Of a stretch of 64,000 nt of DNA, positions 39,469-50,075 are shown one piece after another (within the stretch, counting starts at the first letter, position 1; each line of letters opens with the position of its first letter). The stretch lies in the IMG/VR virus record IMGVR_UViG_3300002026_000029, positions 1 to 64,000 of that record. One strand, 5' to 3'. Below the pieces are notes generated by a model. The model was given only the letters and a program-made list of their open reading frames with translations, did no database searches and had not been told where the DNA came from. Both the position numbers and the translations under genes were made by a program. The stretch comes from a virus.

Positions 39469-40121
39469 TACTTAGCGCCTGGAAAGCCCGTTGCTTTCTT
39501 AGCTCCTGGGAAGCCTGCAGCTTTTATTGGTGCAGAACCTTTTGTAGCTGAATCAGATTGTTGTTTCTTTTTCCAAGCAGCTACTGATTCTGCAGTTAAG
39601 CCATCCTCATAACGTACTTCTGTTGCAACTGCAGTATCTTTTTCAAGACGAGTACCAATATCTTTGTTTGTAATCATCTCAGAACCTGATGCACCATCAG
39701 ACTGACGGTAGAAGCGACGAACTGATGTATCTTCTTGAATATCACCCTTATACATTCTGTAGCCAAATTGTATCCATACTTTAACAGGTACATTAGTTAA
39801 TTCAGGAATACAGTTTAACTCTTTTGCACCCTTTTTAAATGTGACTGTTGTAGGTTCTGGGTCTGATAACTCATCTTCACCAACTACGGTTGCTAGAGCT
39901 TCTAAGATCTTATACCCAAATGTTGGTTGACCATTAGTTCCTAGGATATTGTTATTGTAAGCCATTAACTTGTCAAAGAAGTAGTTTACACTTACTGCTC
40001 CGTTAGTTGTGTTTACCACTTCTACATGCTTAAGTGTTACATCGTAAATACCTGATTTAGTAATGTATCCGCTTTCACCTTCTTGTTGTACGTCGTCTTT
40101 GTTAATTATCATAAATGCCAT
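39468..40121 (-). CDS. Putative single-stranded DNA-binding protein (DUF669-like)
   Basis: GYITKSGIYDVTL...NGA OB-like N-terminus; follows the Sak4 and exonuclease genes. Confidence 0.55.
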   Translation of the reverse strand: MAFMIINKDDVQQEGESGYITKSGIYDVTLKHVEVVNTTNGAVSVNYFFDKLMAYNNNILGTNGQPTFGYKILEALATVVGEDELSDPEPTTVTFKKGAKELNCIPELTNVPVKVWIQFGYRMYKGDIQEDTSVRRFYRQSDGASGSEMITNKDIGTRLEKDTAVATEVRYEDGLTAESVAAWKKKQQSDSATKGSAPIKAAGFPGAKKATGFPGAK

Positions 40122-40143
40122 TGTTTTTCCTTGTTATTTAATG

Positions 40144-40806
40144 TTATAGTAGAAAGCTTGTAGCTTCTACTTTTGAGGCTGTCAACTTTGCAATATGCTC
40201 GTTGATATCATAGTGTGTACTATCTACAGAGTCTTCAAGACCAAGTAGTGTTGTTCGGCATGGAAATTTCATCGACTTCTGGTGTACTACATATGATGAT
40301 GATTTCTTTTCAATAAACACAGCATCATTAGTGATACTTAACCACGACCCTGATTTACCAAATTGCCCTGTTGCTGGGATTATGTGTCTAGCTGTGTCAG
40401 CATCAAATACTGTATGGGCTACAATTACAACGTTAATACCATTAGCAATTAGTACATCTTCCACATAGGCATTAAGATTTAAGGTATCTCTGTTGTTATT
40501 TTTGTGAACATCAAACCCCTTATAGTTATTATCATTAAAAGCACTCATTGCAGTGTAGAACTGTGTAACTGTGTCAATTACTACTGTTGCTGGCAGTTTC
40601 TTAAACTTATCTTGGTATACACCGAGTTTCTCGTTTATCTGACTAATTAGTGCATCTATACCATGAAATTCAGTTACATTAATGTGTGGTACTGCAAAAC
40701 CATATTCCTTTCTATCCATATTTATTACTAGAGCATCTGTTATCGTAGATACTAAAGTAGATTTACCTGTATTTTCAAATCCTGAAACTAATAATTTTAT
40801 AGCCAT
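40144..40806 (-). CDS. Sak4-like AAA ssDNA annealing protein
   Basis: SGFENTGKST, TVVIDTVT, VVIVAH. Confidence 0.8.
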   Translation of the reverse strand: MAIKLLVSGFENTGKSTLVSTITDALVINMDRKEYGFAVPHINVTEFHGIDALISQINEKLGVYQDKFKKLPATVVIDTVTQFYTAMSAFNDNNYKGFDVHKNNNRDTLNLNAYVEDVLIANGINVVIVAHTVFDADTARHIIPATGQFGKSGSWLSITNDAVFIEKKSSSYVVHQKSMKFPCRTTLLGLEDSVDSTHYDINEHIAKLTASKVEATSFLL

Positions 40807-40880
40807 TGATTCTCCTTATTGTGGTAACTAGCCACGTAATTGATTTGATAGTTTAGTGACATTCTCTGGTCATTGTCATG

Positions 40881-41426
40881 CTAACTGAACATACAGTTTC
40901 GTGTAATATCTATATAGCCATTAGTAGGCTTAACAAGTACTACTTCTAGTGTATGTCCACACCAGGTTGAACGCCTAGAATCGTTTGTATGATAATCACC
41001 ACCACCTGCTGAGGATGTTTCAGAGTTACATAATAATGGAATTGGATGGATTAGCCATTCATTATAGCTTTGACTTAATGCCATTATTACTTTTAAAGTA
41101 TTCATGTCTATGAATGTCTTATTTGTGTGGTTAAGTATGTAATAGCCTGCATTTAGTTTGTTAAGAGCTAGCTTCTTAGACACAGCTAATTCTATATCTA
41201 CTGAAGCTGTATCCCAGCTTAGGCTGGTCACACCTTCATCAGCTTTGTGGTAATCACATAACCATGTGACTTTTGCAGGCTTATTACGGAGTAGTGCCAT
41301 AATGCTAGTGCAGTAGGTATTCTCCATGAAGCTGTGCTCCATTAACTTAGCACCATTACCAGTAGAGTGTACATCATACATTCTAGGTTTGTCAGTGGTT
41401 AAAACTGCTTGATAATACGCACCCAT
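40881..41426 (-). CDS. Conserved phage hypothetical protein
   Basis: MGAYY...GAKLMEHS...IHPIPLL...GGGDY pattern seen in phage proteins. Confidence 0.65.
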   Translation of the reverse strand: MGAYYQAVLTTDKPRMYDVHSTGNGAKLMEHSFMENTYCTSIMALLRNKPAKVTWLCDYHKADEGVTSLSWDTASVDIELAVSKKLALNKLNAGYYILNHTNKTFIDMNTLKVIMALSQSYNEWLIHPIPLLCNSETSSAGGGDYHTNDSRRSTWCGHTLEVVLVKPTNGYIDITRNCMFS

Positions 41427-42265
41427 TATTCTGGTCTTGGTACATCGTTTTTCTTCATTCTATAATCACACATAAGTAGATACTGTATGTCTTCGTAGTC
41501 ATTAAAGCACTGAACGGAGTCTGCTATTAAGTTTAAGATGCCATGAATAAATTCATAAGCATTATCATCAAATGGTAATAAGAATCTTTCAGTTCTTACA
41601 CCAATAGTCTTAGTTGGCTGTACTGCGTAGCATAGTTCAACTTGAGATATCTTAATACCTTTTTGATGTAGAATATAAGCGTAGGTGTATGCCTGTAATT
41701 TGTAAGCATAGGAGAAGTTTGTTGGCTTAGTACTTGCAGTCTTGTAATCACGTACAGTAAGACACCCAATAGAATTCTCCAGGGTGTCGTTAGGTGCTGT
41801 TGATGTTATTGCATCATATGTTCCACCAACGAAGATACCTGGTCTGAGTTCATGCAATATAAAGTTCTCAGTAGCTACTGTATGTGCTGGTAACACGTAG
41901 TCTTTTATGAGTGCTTCTGCCATTGGCTTCCACAATGAGTGGATCTTACTAATATCATATTCCTCATTGTTACTGTGTGAGTCGATATACAGCTCCACTG
42001 CTTCTTGCAATGCATCACTATCGTGCTTAGTGCCACTCATCTTAGCATTAGCTATTATTTCAGCACAATGGTGTACAACGGTTCCTAGTACAGTACTGGT
42101 AGTACCAGTGAACTTTTTAGGTCTTCCTAGTAAATTTTCATAATACCAGTTAGTCTTATCTGAAAAGAACTTCTCCACACTTGATGGTGATATCTTGAAA
42201 TCTCCTGGTCTTAATAAGTCCATACCTGTATAGTAGTTTCCTACTGTGTAGTCTACTTCTTTCAT
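41426..42265 (-). CDS. PD-(D/E)XK (Cas4-like) exonuclease
   Basis: ISPSS, LGTVVH, GGTYD, VRDYKT, YKLQAYTYA. Confidence 0.85.
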   Translation of the reverse strand: MKEVDYTVGNYYTGMDLLRPGDFKISPSSVEKFFSDKTNWYYENLLGRPKKFTGTTSTVLGTVVHHCAEIIANAKMSGTKHDSDALQEAVELYIDSHSNNEEYDISKIHSLWKPMAEALIKDYVLPAHTVATENFILHELRPGIFVGGTYDAITSTAPNDTLENSIGCLTVRDYKTASTKPTNFSYAYKLQAYTYAYILHQKGIKISQVELCYAVQPTKTIGVRTERFLLPFDDNAYEFIHGILNLIADSVQCFNDYEDIQYLLMCDYRMKKNDVPRPE

Positions 42266-42361
42266 TGTGTCTCCTCTTGGTTGATATTAAATATACTAGT
42301 TAACGTATCTTCAATTATGGTTAGTATATAGTAATAGTATAGCCCAATATGTGAAAGTATG

Positions 42362-42871
42362 TTATCCATTTTTAATCTCTCTTATATAAATTTCAACCCT
42401 AGGGTTGTCTTTGTCTTGTGTGCCTACATAGAACGCTTCTTTAATACAGTACAGGACATTATCATTTTTAACAGTTCCTGCCTTCTGAGCAGCATCTAAG
42501 AAGTACTTAGACATTAGTGCTCCTACATTTAGTAGGTCACTTACCTTGCTCTTGTAGTAGTAGACGTATGCAACTTCGTACTTGCCTTTAAGTGTAAATC
42601 CAGATGCTATGAGCTTTGGTACAATTAAGTCACTGTATCTCTGCTTAACATCATTCTGAATATAGTAATGAGCAGTACGCAACCAATTCATACCAACAAG
42701 GAATGTCTTAGGTTTCTTAGACTTGAAAGTTTGAGTGTAGTAACATGGAACACTGATGTGCAAATGTACTATATCTCGTCCAGGAGCCTTAGCAATGTCA
42801 TACACTTGTAAGGTATCGTCTAAAGTCTCTTCGATGCTTGTACCAGTCTTAACGGCTATCTTAGAGTCCAT
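42362..42871 (-). CDS. RusA-like Holliday junction resolvase
   Basis: SDLLN...KYFLDA...KNDN...DKDNPRVEI. Confidence 0.75.
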   Translation of the reverse strand: MDSKIAVKTGTSIEETLDDTLQVYDIAKAPGRDIVHLHISVPCYYTQTFKSKKPKTFLVGMNWLRTAHYYIQNDVKQRYSDLIVPKLIASGFTLKGKYEVAYVYYYKSKVSDLLNVGALMSKYFLDAAQKAGTVKNDNVLYCIKEAFYVGTQDKDNPRVEIYIREIKNG

Positions 42872-43500
42872 CAGTGTAGTACATATGCCACTGGCGTATT
42901 AGTGTAACACATAGTACAAGATTCACATGACTTCTGCCCAGAATGAGCTGTTACTGGGCATATGTAGATACCACGTTTAGTGGCTTCTGGTATATCAGTT
43001 ATGTTAATTACGTAGGAGTTTACTCCAGGCCGTTCCAGCTTTGATAAGCCTATGTTGTCTGCTGAGTATCTAACAGCTACATTAGGTAGCTCTTTAATGC
43101 GCTGTATGATAGAATGTATAGCAGGTATCTTAAAAGATCGCGTTGGTAACCAATGAGTCACGTTTGGTGTAAAGCTAATTACTTGTAATACTTTAGTGGC
43201 TAACTCAGGAGTTTCTAGATCGCCAGAGTCAAACCAACGAAAGTAGTCAAACTTACTTATTTTAGCAACCATACGGTCGGTCCAATCGGCTTTATGGTAA
43301 TCTTCGTGATTAGTCTGCCTTGCAGCTTTAACCACAGGAAATCTATACATTCCTTTAGTAGCGTAGCAGTTTTGACATACTTCTACTACAGTTCCATCAG
43401 AGGTTTTACTTCCAGGGCAAGATTTTCGTGCTTCTAAACTCCAACATCCTACACGTTTTCCTATAATCTTCATCTTTGATGGCTTACTTATTTTTATCAC
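42871..43500 (-). CDS. Gp88-family Cys-rich protein (possible Fe-S/radical-SAM-related)
   Basis: SCPG...VCQNCYA, YFRWFDSGD, HWLPTR, C-terminal CP...CESCTMC. Confidence 0.7.
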   Translation of the reverse strand: MIKISKPSKMKIIGKRVGCWSLEARKSCPGSKTSDGTVVEVCQNCYATKGMYRFPVVKAARQTNHEDYHKADWTDRMVAKISKFDYFRWFDSGDLETPELATKVLQVISFTPNVTHWLPTRSFKIPAIHSIIQRIKELPNVAVRYSADNIGLSKLERPGVNSYVINITDIPEATKRGIYICPVTAHSGQKSCESCTMCYTNTPVAYVLH

Positions 43501-43735
43501 TTAATACCCTTAATGTATAAATACCTTTCATTAGTTTATCTCTAGTGGTACCAAGGTTTTCACGTAAAAATATATTACGGTACTTACCTGTAGTAGCACT
43601 GTAGTTCCATGCTTTGTGTAATACGATACCAGTAGGTGTCTTGGATACTATTGGTGTATCATAACTAAATAGTGTAGATGTTTCACCATCGTGAACAATA
43701 ATTTGGTTTACTTTTAATGTCTCAATTTTTACCAT
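43484..43735 (-). CDS. Conserved phage hypothetical protein
   Basis: LFSYDTPI...WNYSATTGKYRNIFL pattern. Confidence 0.6.
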   Translation of the reverse strand: MVKIETLKVNQIIVHDGETSTLFSYDTPIVSKTPTGIVLHKAWNYSATTGKYRNIFLRENLGTTRDKLMKGIYTLRVLSDKNK

Positions 43736-43877
43736 AATGTTTATCCTCCGTTTTATCCCAGTAGGCCAAACAGACGCTATCAGTTTCCATATAGCCTTGT
43801 GTGCTAAAGAAGAACATACGAATCTCTTCTAGCTCTTCTTGTGTTAAGTCTTCTAACTTCTTCTTAATGTTATACAT
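43722..43877 (-). CDS. Hypothetical 51-aa protein, not in the ORF track
   Basis: MYNIKKKLEDL... with AAAGGA RBS. Confidence 0.4.
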   Translation of the reverse strand: MYNIKKKLEDLTQEELEEIRMFFFSTQGYMETDSVCLAYWDKTEDKHYGKN

Positions 43878-44098
43878 TATTATCCTTTAAATTCATCTAC
43901 TAGATACTTCACTAAACGATCTACGTCGTTAATAGTAAAGCACCCATACATGTATTGTTTGTTGCTGAGAATACTTTGAAAGGTTACTTCTCTCAGCTAT
44001 AAGTTTAACCAGGTAGTTTCTTTCTGCTTTACGTAACTAACAAATGATGGTGTAACAGTTTATATTTAGGGTCAATCATGATACAATGGACGACCACA

Positions 44099-44122
44099 TA
44101 GAGCCCTACTAATAGAACTCTA
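44099..44122 (-). terminator. Intergenic hairpin with TTAG loop
   Basis: Minus strand TAGAGTTCTA-TTAG-TAGGGCTCTA after the primase stop. Confidence 0.45.
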
Positions 44123-44130
44123 GTGATTGT

Positions 44131-45051
44131 CTATATGGCAGTTAGTACTGTAGACTGTAATCTGCTAAGTGGCATACTATGATCCCAGAAGTTATTTATA
44201 CTATAAACTAGGTCTGTAATATAGTCCTTAGAAGCACCTAATTCCTTTGCTAAAGAGATAGCACCTAAGAGTCGGTTAGTACCAACTCCAGGAGGTGACT
44301 CATATGCAAAGTTAAATGTTTGCATTGGAGATGCTAATTGAGATACAGCACTACCAGAGGAGATAATTGCTTGTCGCTTATCTTCGATAGCTGCAGCCTG
44401 CATTTGAGCAATTTTAAGGTACATAGAAGGGTCTAATGGCATCTTGTCTATAGTAGAATATACATTTCTGTTTGCGTAGCTGTAGTACACCTGTGAGCGT
44501 CCTAGCGAGTCTACTTTAAGTCCAAATTGATTTCCTATAGCACGTATAAATGGCTTCCATAATTCTTCAGATACCTGTACTGAACGTGACAGTTCTATGA
44601 AGATTCTGTACTTATACGCATTATCAGGATTGGAAGTTCTAGCAATGTGATGGTTTGTTGTATGAAGCACTTTATGCATTTCCTGATCAGTTAATGAGGT
44701 TGTATCAATATCTAAGCAGACCCAGGAGATATCAGGGAATAAGTTACTCTTACCACGTATTAGCCCATATGCATGTGGATGTTTTGTAGTGTCATATATA
44801 GCACCTTCGAGTGCAGACTTATATCTAAATGGTGTGAAGCCATAATCACCTGAGAGAATGTTTGCTAAAGCACTGAAGGATTGTTTACTATAAGAGAATC
44901 CATAGACAGCATTCCAGCTTACCTGAGCTTTTAAATTACTTATTATATCATGTGACTTATTTAATGTGATGGCTTGCTGAAGGGCGGAATTATCTACAGG
45001 TATAAAAGATATTCCATGACGCGCATAGTGTGTAGTGGGAGTACCATCCAT
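44131..45051 (-). CDS. Primase (AEP-like, DxD motif) with helical C-terminal domain
   Basis: WVCLDIDT, HHIARTS...KYRIFI. Confidence 0.65.
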   Translation of the reverse strand: MDGTPTTHYARHGISFIPVDNSALQQAITLNKSHDIISNLKAQVSWNAVYGFSYSKQSFSALANILSGDYGFTPFRYKSALEGAIYDTTKHPHAYGLIRGKSNLFPDISWVCLDIDTTSLTDQEMHKVLHTTNHHIARTSNPDNAYKYRIFIELSRSVQVSEELWKPFIRAIGNQFGLKVDSLGRSQVYYSYANRNVYSTIDKMPLDPSMYLKIAQMQAAAIEDKRQAIISSGSAVSQLASPMQTFNFAYESPPGVGTNRLLGAISLAKELGASKDYITDLVYSINNFWDHSMPLSRLQSTVLTAI

Positions 45052-45066
45052 ATAAGCTCCTATTGA

Positions 45067-46470
45067 TTATGCTAATTCATCTTTGTCATATGCAACTATT
45101 CCAGCATCTAGAAAGAAGTGAATGTATTTGTCTGAGACAACATACTTACTATCATCAGCACTATTAGCTAAATCAACTAATTCTATTAGTTTACGTTCTG
45201 ATCCAGCACCTTGTATAAATCCAGCCTTTCGTAGTTGATGGATACTCATTGAAGCGAAGCCACCTTGCTGTATGCTATGCATATAGTTAATAAATAACTC
45301 ATATGGTTCTTTATTTAATTCAACTTCAAAACTATCTAGATCATCAACAAAGAGCTCTATAAAGTTTATAGCTTCTATGAAGTTAGGTCCAGTCATTACT
45401 GTAGAGCCTTCTAAGATAGCAAGAGCACCTGCAATCTTTAAGGCCGCCCATTGTCTATGCTGACGATGAAGTTTGGCTAGAGGAGCTAATGAAGATATCT
45501 TATTAGATAAGATTTCATTGTAGTTCTTGTAATCCGAGAATAGATCTTCAACGTCGGTAGTAACTGTTAAGTCATCATGTGATGTTGTATGAACCAGTGA
45601 TGTGAACCATGGTGTGAATGTACTAGCAACTTCCTTTACACGGATTGCTTCATCTCTGTCATATAGACGAGATTCTTCAATGGACGTGAATTGAGGGTCT
45701 TTAGCATCTTCTTTTGAGAAGCAGACTATTGAACGTCGTGCTAGTTTTGAGCTAGCCTCATCTAAGAACTTTTTCTTAACAGCTTCGTTGTAGATAAAGC
45801 CATATGAGCTACCAAATAAAAGAGCACTAACTGGTAGATTGTGAACTGCTTCACCCTGACTCTCATCAGATTTTAAAGCTTTAACTGGTAGGCTACCGGC
45901 ATCGTATAGAATAGATAGCGCTGTAAGAAGCTCCATCAAATCTTTAGATGAAGCTAGCTCTGATGAGAGCTCATCAACATATAAAGTACCAGCACCTAGT
46001 TCACCAGACTCTAAACCATTTAAGTGCTTAATCCAACCTGGAAGGGTTGAGATAGCAACTACTAAATCTCGTGGTTTAGAATAGAAATCTTTCCATTTTG
46101 TAACTGGTTTCCCAGCATCCTCAGCAGCTTGCACTGCCATTAGTTTTGCATGGGCTATTCGATCTACATCAATTAGTTTGAGAGCTGGTGTTAGTATGCT
46201 TTTTATAGCACTTAATGACCTTCCTTTACCTGAACCACTACCACCAATTAGTATGCTGATAGTGTTTATTGGTATAGATATTCCATGCCAGTTTATATTC
46301 TTTCTTAAGTGACCTGCAAATGTAACTAGTTCACTTGCTGTCATTAAAGCTCTCATTTTAGGCTCAATATTACGTGATACTACCTTTTCAGCTGCCTCAA
46401 ATACTTTTGGTAACTTAGGGTCTAAGCCTCCGGCAGCCTTTAGAGACTCTTCATACATAGTATGTTGCAT
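45067..46470 (-). CDS. Primase-associated P-loop helicase (DUF3987-like)
   Basis: GGSGSGKG, LYVDEL, LARR, ALKIAGALA. Confidence 0.7.
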   Translation of the reverse strand: MQHTMYEESLKAAGGLDPKLPKVFEAAEKVVSRNIEPKMRALMTASELVTFAGHLRKNINWHGISIPINTISILIGGSGSGKGRSLSAIKSILTPALKLIDVDRIAHAKLMAVQAAEDAGKPVTKWKDFYSKPRDLVVAISTLPGWIKHLNGLESGELGAGTLYVDELSSELASSKDLMELLTALSILYDAGSLPVKALKSDESQGEAVHNLPVSALLFGSSYGFIYNEAVKKKFLDEASSKLARRSIVCFSKEDAKDPQFTSIEESRLYDRDEAIRVKEVASTFTPWFTSLVHTTSHDDLTVTTDVEDLFSDYKNYNEILSNKISSLAPLAKLHRQHRQWAALKIAGALAILEGSTVMTGPNFIEAINFIELFVDDLDSFEVELNKEPYELFINYMHSIQQGGFASMSIHQLRKAGFIQGAGSERKLIELVDLANSADDSKYVVSDKYIHFFLDAGIVAYDKDELA

Positions 46471-46480
46471 ATGTGTTCCT

Positions 46481-47614
46481 TTAGTTTGATTGCTGATTAC
46501 GTACTAACGCTTGACTAACTGTATTTCTAGATATTTCACCATACTCTTTGTGTAGTGTAATGGATTTCATTGATTGTTTGCTACGGTAGCCTTGGCCTGT
46601 GTGCCATGCGTCTTTAGCTGTTAGGGTATTGAATGTTTCAACAACGCAGTTAGTAAATTCCTTCACTTGCTGGTGATGCACGTGACCTAAATAAAAGTAA
46701 CGGTGTTCAGAAGCTGACCATTGATTCTTACAGTCTACTGACATAATCTCACCTAGTTTCTCCGCTTTAACAGTGTGACCATGCGTTATTCCAATTAGGT
46801 TTTTACCAAATACATGGTACATAAACATTGATGGAGTATCGTGAACAATAACTCTAGGATCATTACGAAACCAAGCTTTAACAAAGCTAGTTACGTAGAG
46901 GCTTGAGTGGGCATTGTGATTACCAATTGCTGAACGCCAATGGACTACGTTATGTTTCTGTAGAGCTTTTTCAATAAGGGAGACAGCTATATCTAGACCA
47001 GCTTGAATAATCTTAGCAAATCTACTATCAACATCAACACGAGTACCTTTGGTAGTTGTGTTGTCTTGTGAGTCCATATGATAGAAGTCCCCTGTATCAA
47101 TGATAAAGGCTTCCTCTGATGGATGGGCTTGCTCTACTAAGAGATCAATAGCTGATAACAAGTCTGCAACACAGATGGTTGTATCATAGTCCTCACCAGA
47201 CTCGCGTCCCCAACTTAGAAGTCCTATATGGGCATCTCCAATAGCATAGATACTCATTGTCTGAGAATCTACTTTTGAAGGGCTAGTTATTACTTTAGTA
47301 GCAACTATTCTTGGGTTATCAATAAACTCGTTTACTGCAAGTTTAAAGGACTCAAGTTCATTTGCTTTTGACTTGTCTTCTTTTACCCATTGTATTTTAA
47401 TGTTACCATGTTCATCGTATAAGGTTGATGTGCCTTTTACACTGAGTGTGGTAGCTGATTTCTTTGTTAATGTAGTTAGACGTGCACTTAGTGCCTGACG
47501 TAACACATTAAATTTCCTAGCTATTGCAGCTATTGATACTCCGGCTCTGTACTGTACTAGTATTTCATCCCAGTTATCATCCATTATCTTAGTTGTATTT
47601 TTATTCTTACTCAT
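46481..47614 (-). CDS. Calcineurin-like metallophosphoesterase with N-terminal HTH
   Basis: GDAHIG, GDFYH, GNHN, THGH, GHVHH; N-terminal SIAAIARKFNV HTH. Confidence 0.8.
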   Translation of the reverse strand: MSKNKNTTKIMDDNWDEILVQYRAGVSIAAIARKFNVLRQALSARLTTLTKKSATTLSVKGTSTLYDEHGNIKIQWVKEDKSKANELESFKLAVNEFIDNPRIVATKVITSPSKVDSQTMSIYAIGDAHIGLLSWGRESGEDYDTTICVADLLSAIDLLVEQAHPSEEAFIIDTGDFYHMDSQDNTTTKGTRVDVDSRFAKIIQAGLDIAVSLIEKALQKHNVVHWRSAIGNHNAHSSLYVTSFVKAWFRNDPRVIVHDTPSMFMYHVFGKNLIGITHGHTVKAEKLGEIMSVDCKNQWSASEHRYFYLGHVHHQQVKEFTNCVVETFNTLTAKDAWHTGQGYRSKQSMKSITLHKEYGEISRNTVSQALVRNQQSN

Positions 47615-47904
47615 GTCGTTCCTTGTGTTGAAGTTACCACGTTATCTAGGGTAACTTTATTAATAAAATTAGCTGTTGATACAAAATCAGCAGAGATACG
47701 AGTTGTGCTGCGGTAGTTAGCTATTAGCTTAGTAGTTAGTGGTCTGTACAGTTCACAGTATACAAATAATGGCTGTGTAAAATCTCTACGCATGTAATTA
47801 TCCCAAAAGGATTTATTAACTGTTTTCATTACTTTTTTTACTGTATGCACTGACGTTTCCCTATTAATAAGATTTATTAGTATTGCTATTTCAAAAGCTG
47901 TCAT
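47611..47904 (-). CDS. Hypothetical protein, MTxFExAI N-terminal family
   Basis: Begins MTAFEIAI. Confidence 0.55.
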   Translation of the reverse strand: MTAFEIAILINLINRETSVHTVKKVMKTVNKSFWDNYMRRDFTQPLFVYCELYRPLTTKLIANYRSTTRISADFVSTANFINKVTLDNVVTSTQGTT

Positions 47905-47931
47905 TATTATTCCTAGACTTGTAGTATATGA

Positions 47932-49365
47932 TTAATGTGTTTCTGCCCATGAGTGTCCAACACTGAAGTCCGCTTCTATCCGTATATTCATGTTAAACTG
48001 TTCTTGTATCATATTACAGCCCTCAACCATAATATTGCCTAGTTTATTTGCAAATGGTATTACGACGCTGCATTGATACTCATCATGTACAAATGCATTC
48101 TGTACCCAGAGACCACCATGTTTAAATCCTACGGAATTGGCAAGGGAATGGTAGTTAACCATCCATTTCTTTGCAATAATTCCAGCTGACCCTTGAAGTA
48201 GTAGGTTTAATGCAGAATGTGGCGACCTAGACGTTAGCTCACGTCCGTCAATGGCAGTTATAGATCCTTTTTCTTTAGACTGTTTTTGACAGTCTTTTAT
48301 TAGCTCATTTATACCTGTTAGATTTTTAAGGAATGTATTAGCTACTTGTTCTCCGTAAATTGTTTCGTACACTAGACGCTCTGTGTACAGTACGTATTGA
48401 TTTTTCCTGAGAGGGAAGTATTTGGTGTCTCCAATTGTTACAAGCCGTTTCTCAATCTTTTTCTTTGCTGTTGTATACTCTTTAGTTGTAAAGGATAACA
48501 GTAAGTGAGGGGCATTTGGCTTAAGTTCAATACCGGTTTCCGTTGTTGTAGTATTAGTCCAGTGAATTTCTAATTTAGACGTAAGTATATTACCTCTAAT
48601 TGAGCTTCCTTGACCATATAGGTAGCCGAAAAAGAAAGATTTACTAGCAGTTCTAGCTGTTTTCATGTCTTTAGTAGCGGTTTTCTCGTCCCACTCTCTA
48701 TCGTCTAGTGTCCAGAAACCAGCAAGCTTTGCATGGTAGAAATGAAGATCCTTAGATAGGGCTATATTAGCATACTTACCACCATCATAGGGAGCTAAGT
48801 AATGTGCTAATACACGTATCTCGATATTCTTTAAGTCTGCCCCTACCATAACCATACCAGGTGGAGCACAGAATACTTCTCGATGGCGTTTGTCCTTACT
48901 GACTTGTGCAAGATTTGGCTTACTATGCGTAGCTCTATGTGTTGTAGCACCAATTAAGTCCACGCGGTGATGAATAGAATGAGTAGCTGGATTAAAGTAT
49001 CGTAACCAACCACCTTTTTCACCACCAATCTGGGATTGATCTTTTATTACTTTTAGGTACCGTTTAAGTAATTGTCCAGATGGGTGTTCCATTTCTTCTA
49101 GAGATTCAACATCAGCTTTCTTGTTACCATTTTTAGTATAGTAAGGGAATACAAAGTTGTAATCCTCTTCCATCCACTGTATGATATTATCACGGGATCC
49201 AGGACTAAACGCTTCATAGCTTATTGACTGATATTGCCCATGTCGCGTTACTACTATTGTACTCATAGGAGTGCTGAACCACTTAATCTTTTTAACACCA
49301 ATTAATTTTTTAGTTCCATTAGCATAGGTTTTCTGAATTGGTATTGTGTATGGTGCAAGAATCAT
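47932..49365 (-). CDS. Family A (T7 gp5-like) DNA polymerase, polymerase-domain half
   Basis: FSPGSRDNI, THRATHSKPNLAQV, GADLKNIEIR (motif A), RTASKSFFFGYLYG (motif B), LNLLLQGSAG, VHDEYQ (motif C). Confidence 0.92.
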   Translation of the reverse strand: MILAPYTIPIQKTYANGTKKLIGVKKIKWFSTPMSTIVVTRHGQYQSISYEAFSPGSRDNIIQWMEEDYNFVFPYYTKNGNKKADVESLEEMEHPSGQLLKRYLKVIKDQSQIGGEKGGWLRYFNPATHSIHHRVDLIGATTHRATHSKPNLAQVSKDKRHREVFCAPPGMVMVGADLKNIEIRVLAHYLAPYDGGKYANIALSKDLHFYHAKLAGFWTLDDREWDEKTATKDMKTARTASKSFFFGYLYGQGSSIRGNILTSKLEIHWTNTTTTETGIELKPNAPHLLLSFTTKEYTTAKKKIEKRLVTIGDTKYFPLRKNQYVLYTERLVYETIYGEQVANTFLKNLTGINELIKDCQKQSKEKGSITAIDGRELTSRSPHSALNLLLQGSAGIIAKKWMVNYHSLANSVGFKHGGLWVQNAFVHDEYQCSVVIPFANKLGNIMVEGCNMIQEQFNMNIRIEADFSVGHSWAETH

Positions 49366-49367
49366 AA

Positions 49368-50075
49368 TCAGCTACTGGTAGGCTTTTGACTTAATACTCG
49401 CTGGTGTACTGTAAGTGTATTAGTCAAAGCATTTTGCATTATAGTAATTGCGTCTGATGCTCCAGCCTCTAGTGTATCTAAGAGTGTCATCTCAGCATCG
49501 TTATAAAGGATGTCTAAATACTCTTCTAGTATTGTATACGTGGTTGTGATTGGTAATGAACGTTTCATTTCCTCAACCTGTAGTACCATAGTTAGTTTAC
49601 TTGCTGATTTAATCTTTGCTTGACTTAAAATACTATTATGAAATGCATCAGTATACATTCTATGAATAATTTCAAATGGATGGGTATTTGCCCCCACTAT
49701 CCGAGCAAAGCGCTTAATAATATCACCATTATTATTAGGAAAATCAATATAATTCACATACTCAAATATATTTAATATATCACTATGAGTGCTTGATCCG
49801 TTAGTGGTAATGTACACCAGTAGTTTATGATGGATGTCTATATTTGTCTTGTGAATGTATTCTGGAACAATAGTAGAACTTGTAGAGAGGCGATGTAGAG
49901 CAAATGTAAAACATTTGTAAGTATTTATTATTACTTCTTTATTATTATTAGTAATATCTTTCCATCTGTAACTAGCTAATATCCGTTCTAACTTTCGCAC
50001 TGTATGATCTAAGGATTTAAATGTTTTAGTTTTAGTTATTTCTTTGATTGATATTGCGTATTCAAAGTTTGTCAT
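49368..50075 (-). CDS. Hypothetical protein, MTxFEY family
   Basis: Begins MTNFEYAI. Confidence 0.6.
   Translation of the reverse strand: MTNFEYAISIKEITKTKTFKSLDHTVRKLERILASYRWKDITNNNKEVIINTYKCFTFALHRLSTSSTIVPEYIHKTNIDIHHKLLVYITTNGSSTHSDILNIFEYVNYIDFPNNNGDIIKRFARIVGANTHPFEIIHRMYTDAFHNSILSQAKIKSASKLTMVLQVEEMKRSLPITTTYTILEEYLDILYNDAEMTLLDTLEAGASDAITIMQNALTNTLTVHQRVLSQKPTSS

Noticed and set aside
43880-44080. Frame with an internal TAG as evidence of amber reassignment
   Set aside because: A single short case that also lacks an in-frame start; better explained as a decayed small gene. No suppressor tRNA seen.
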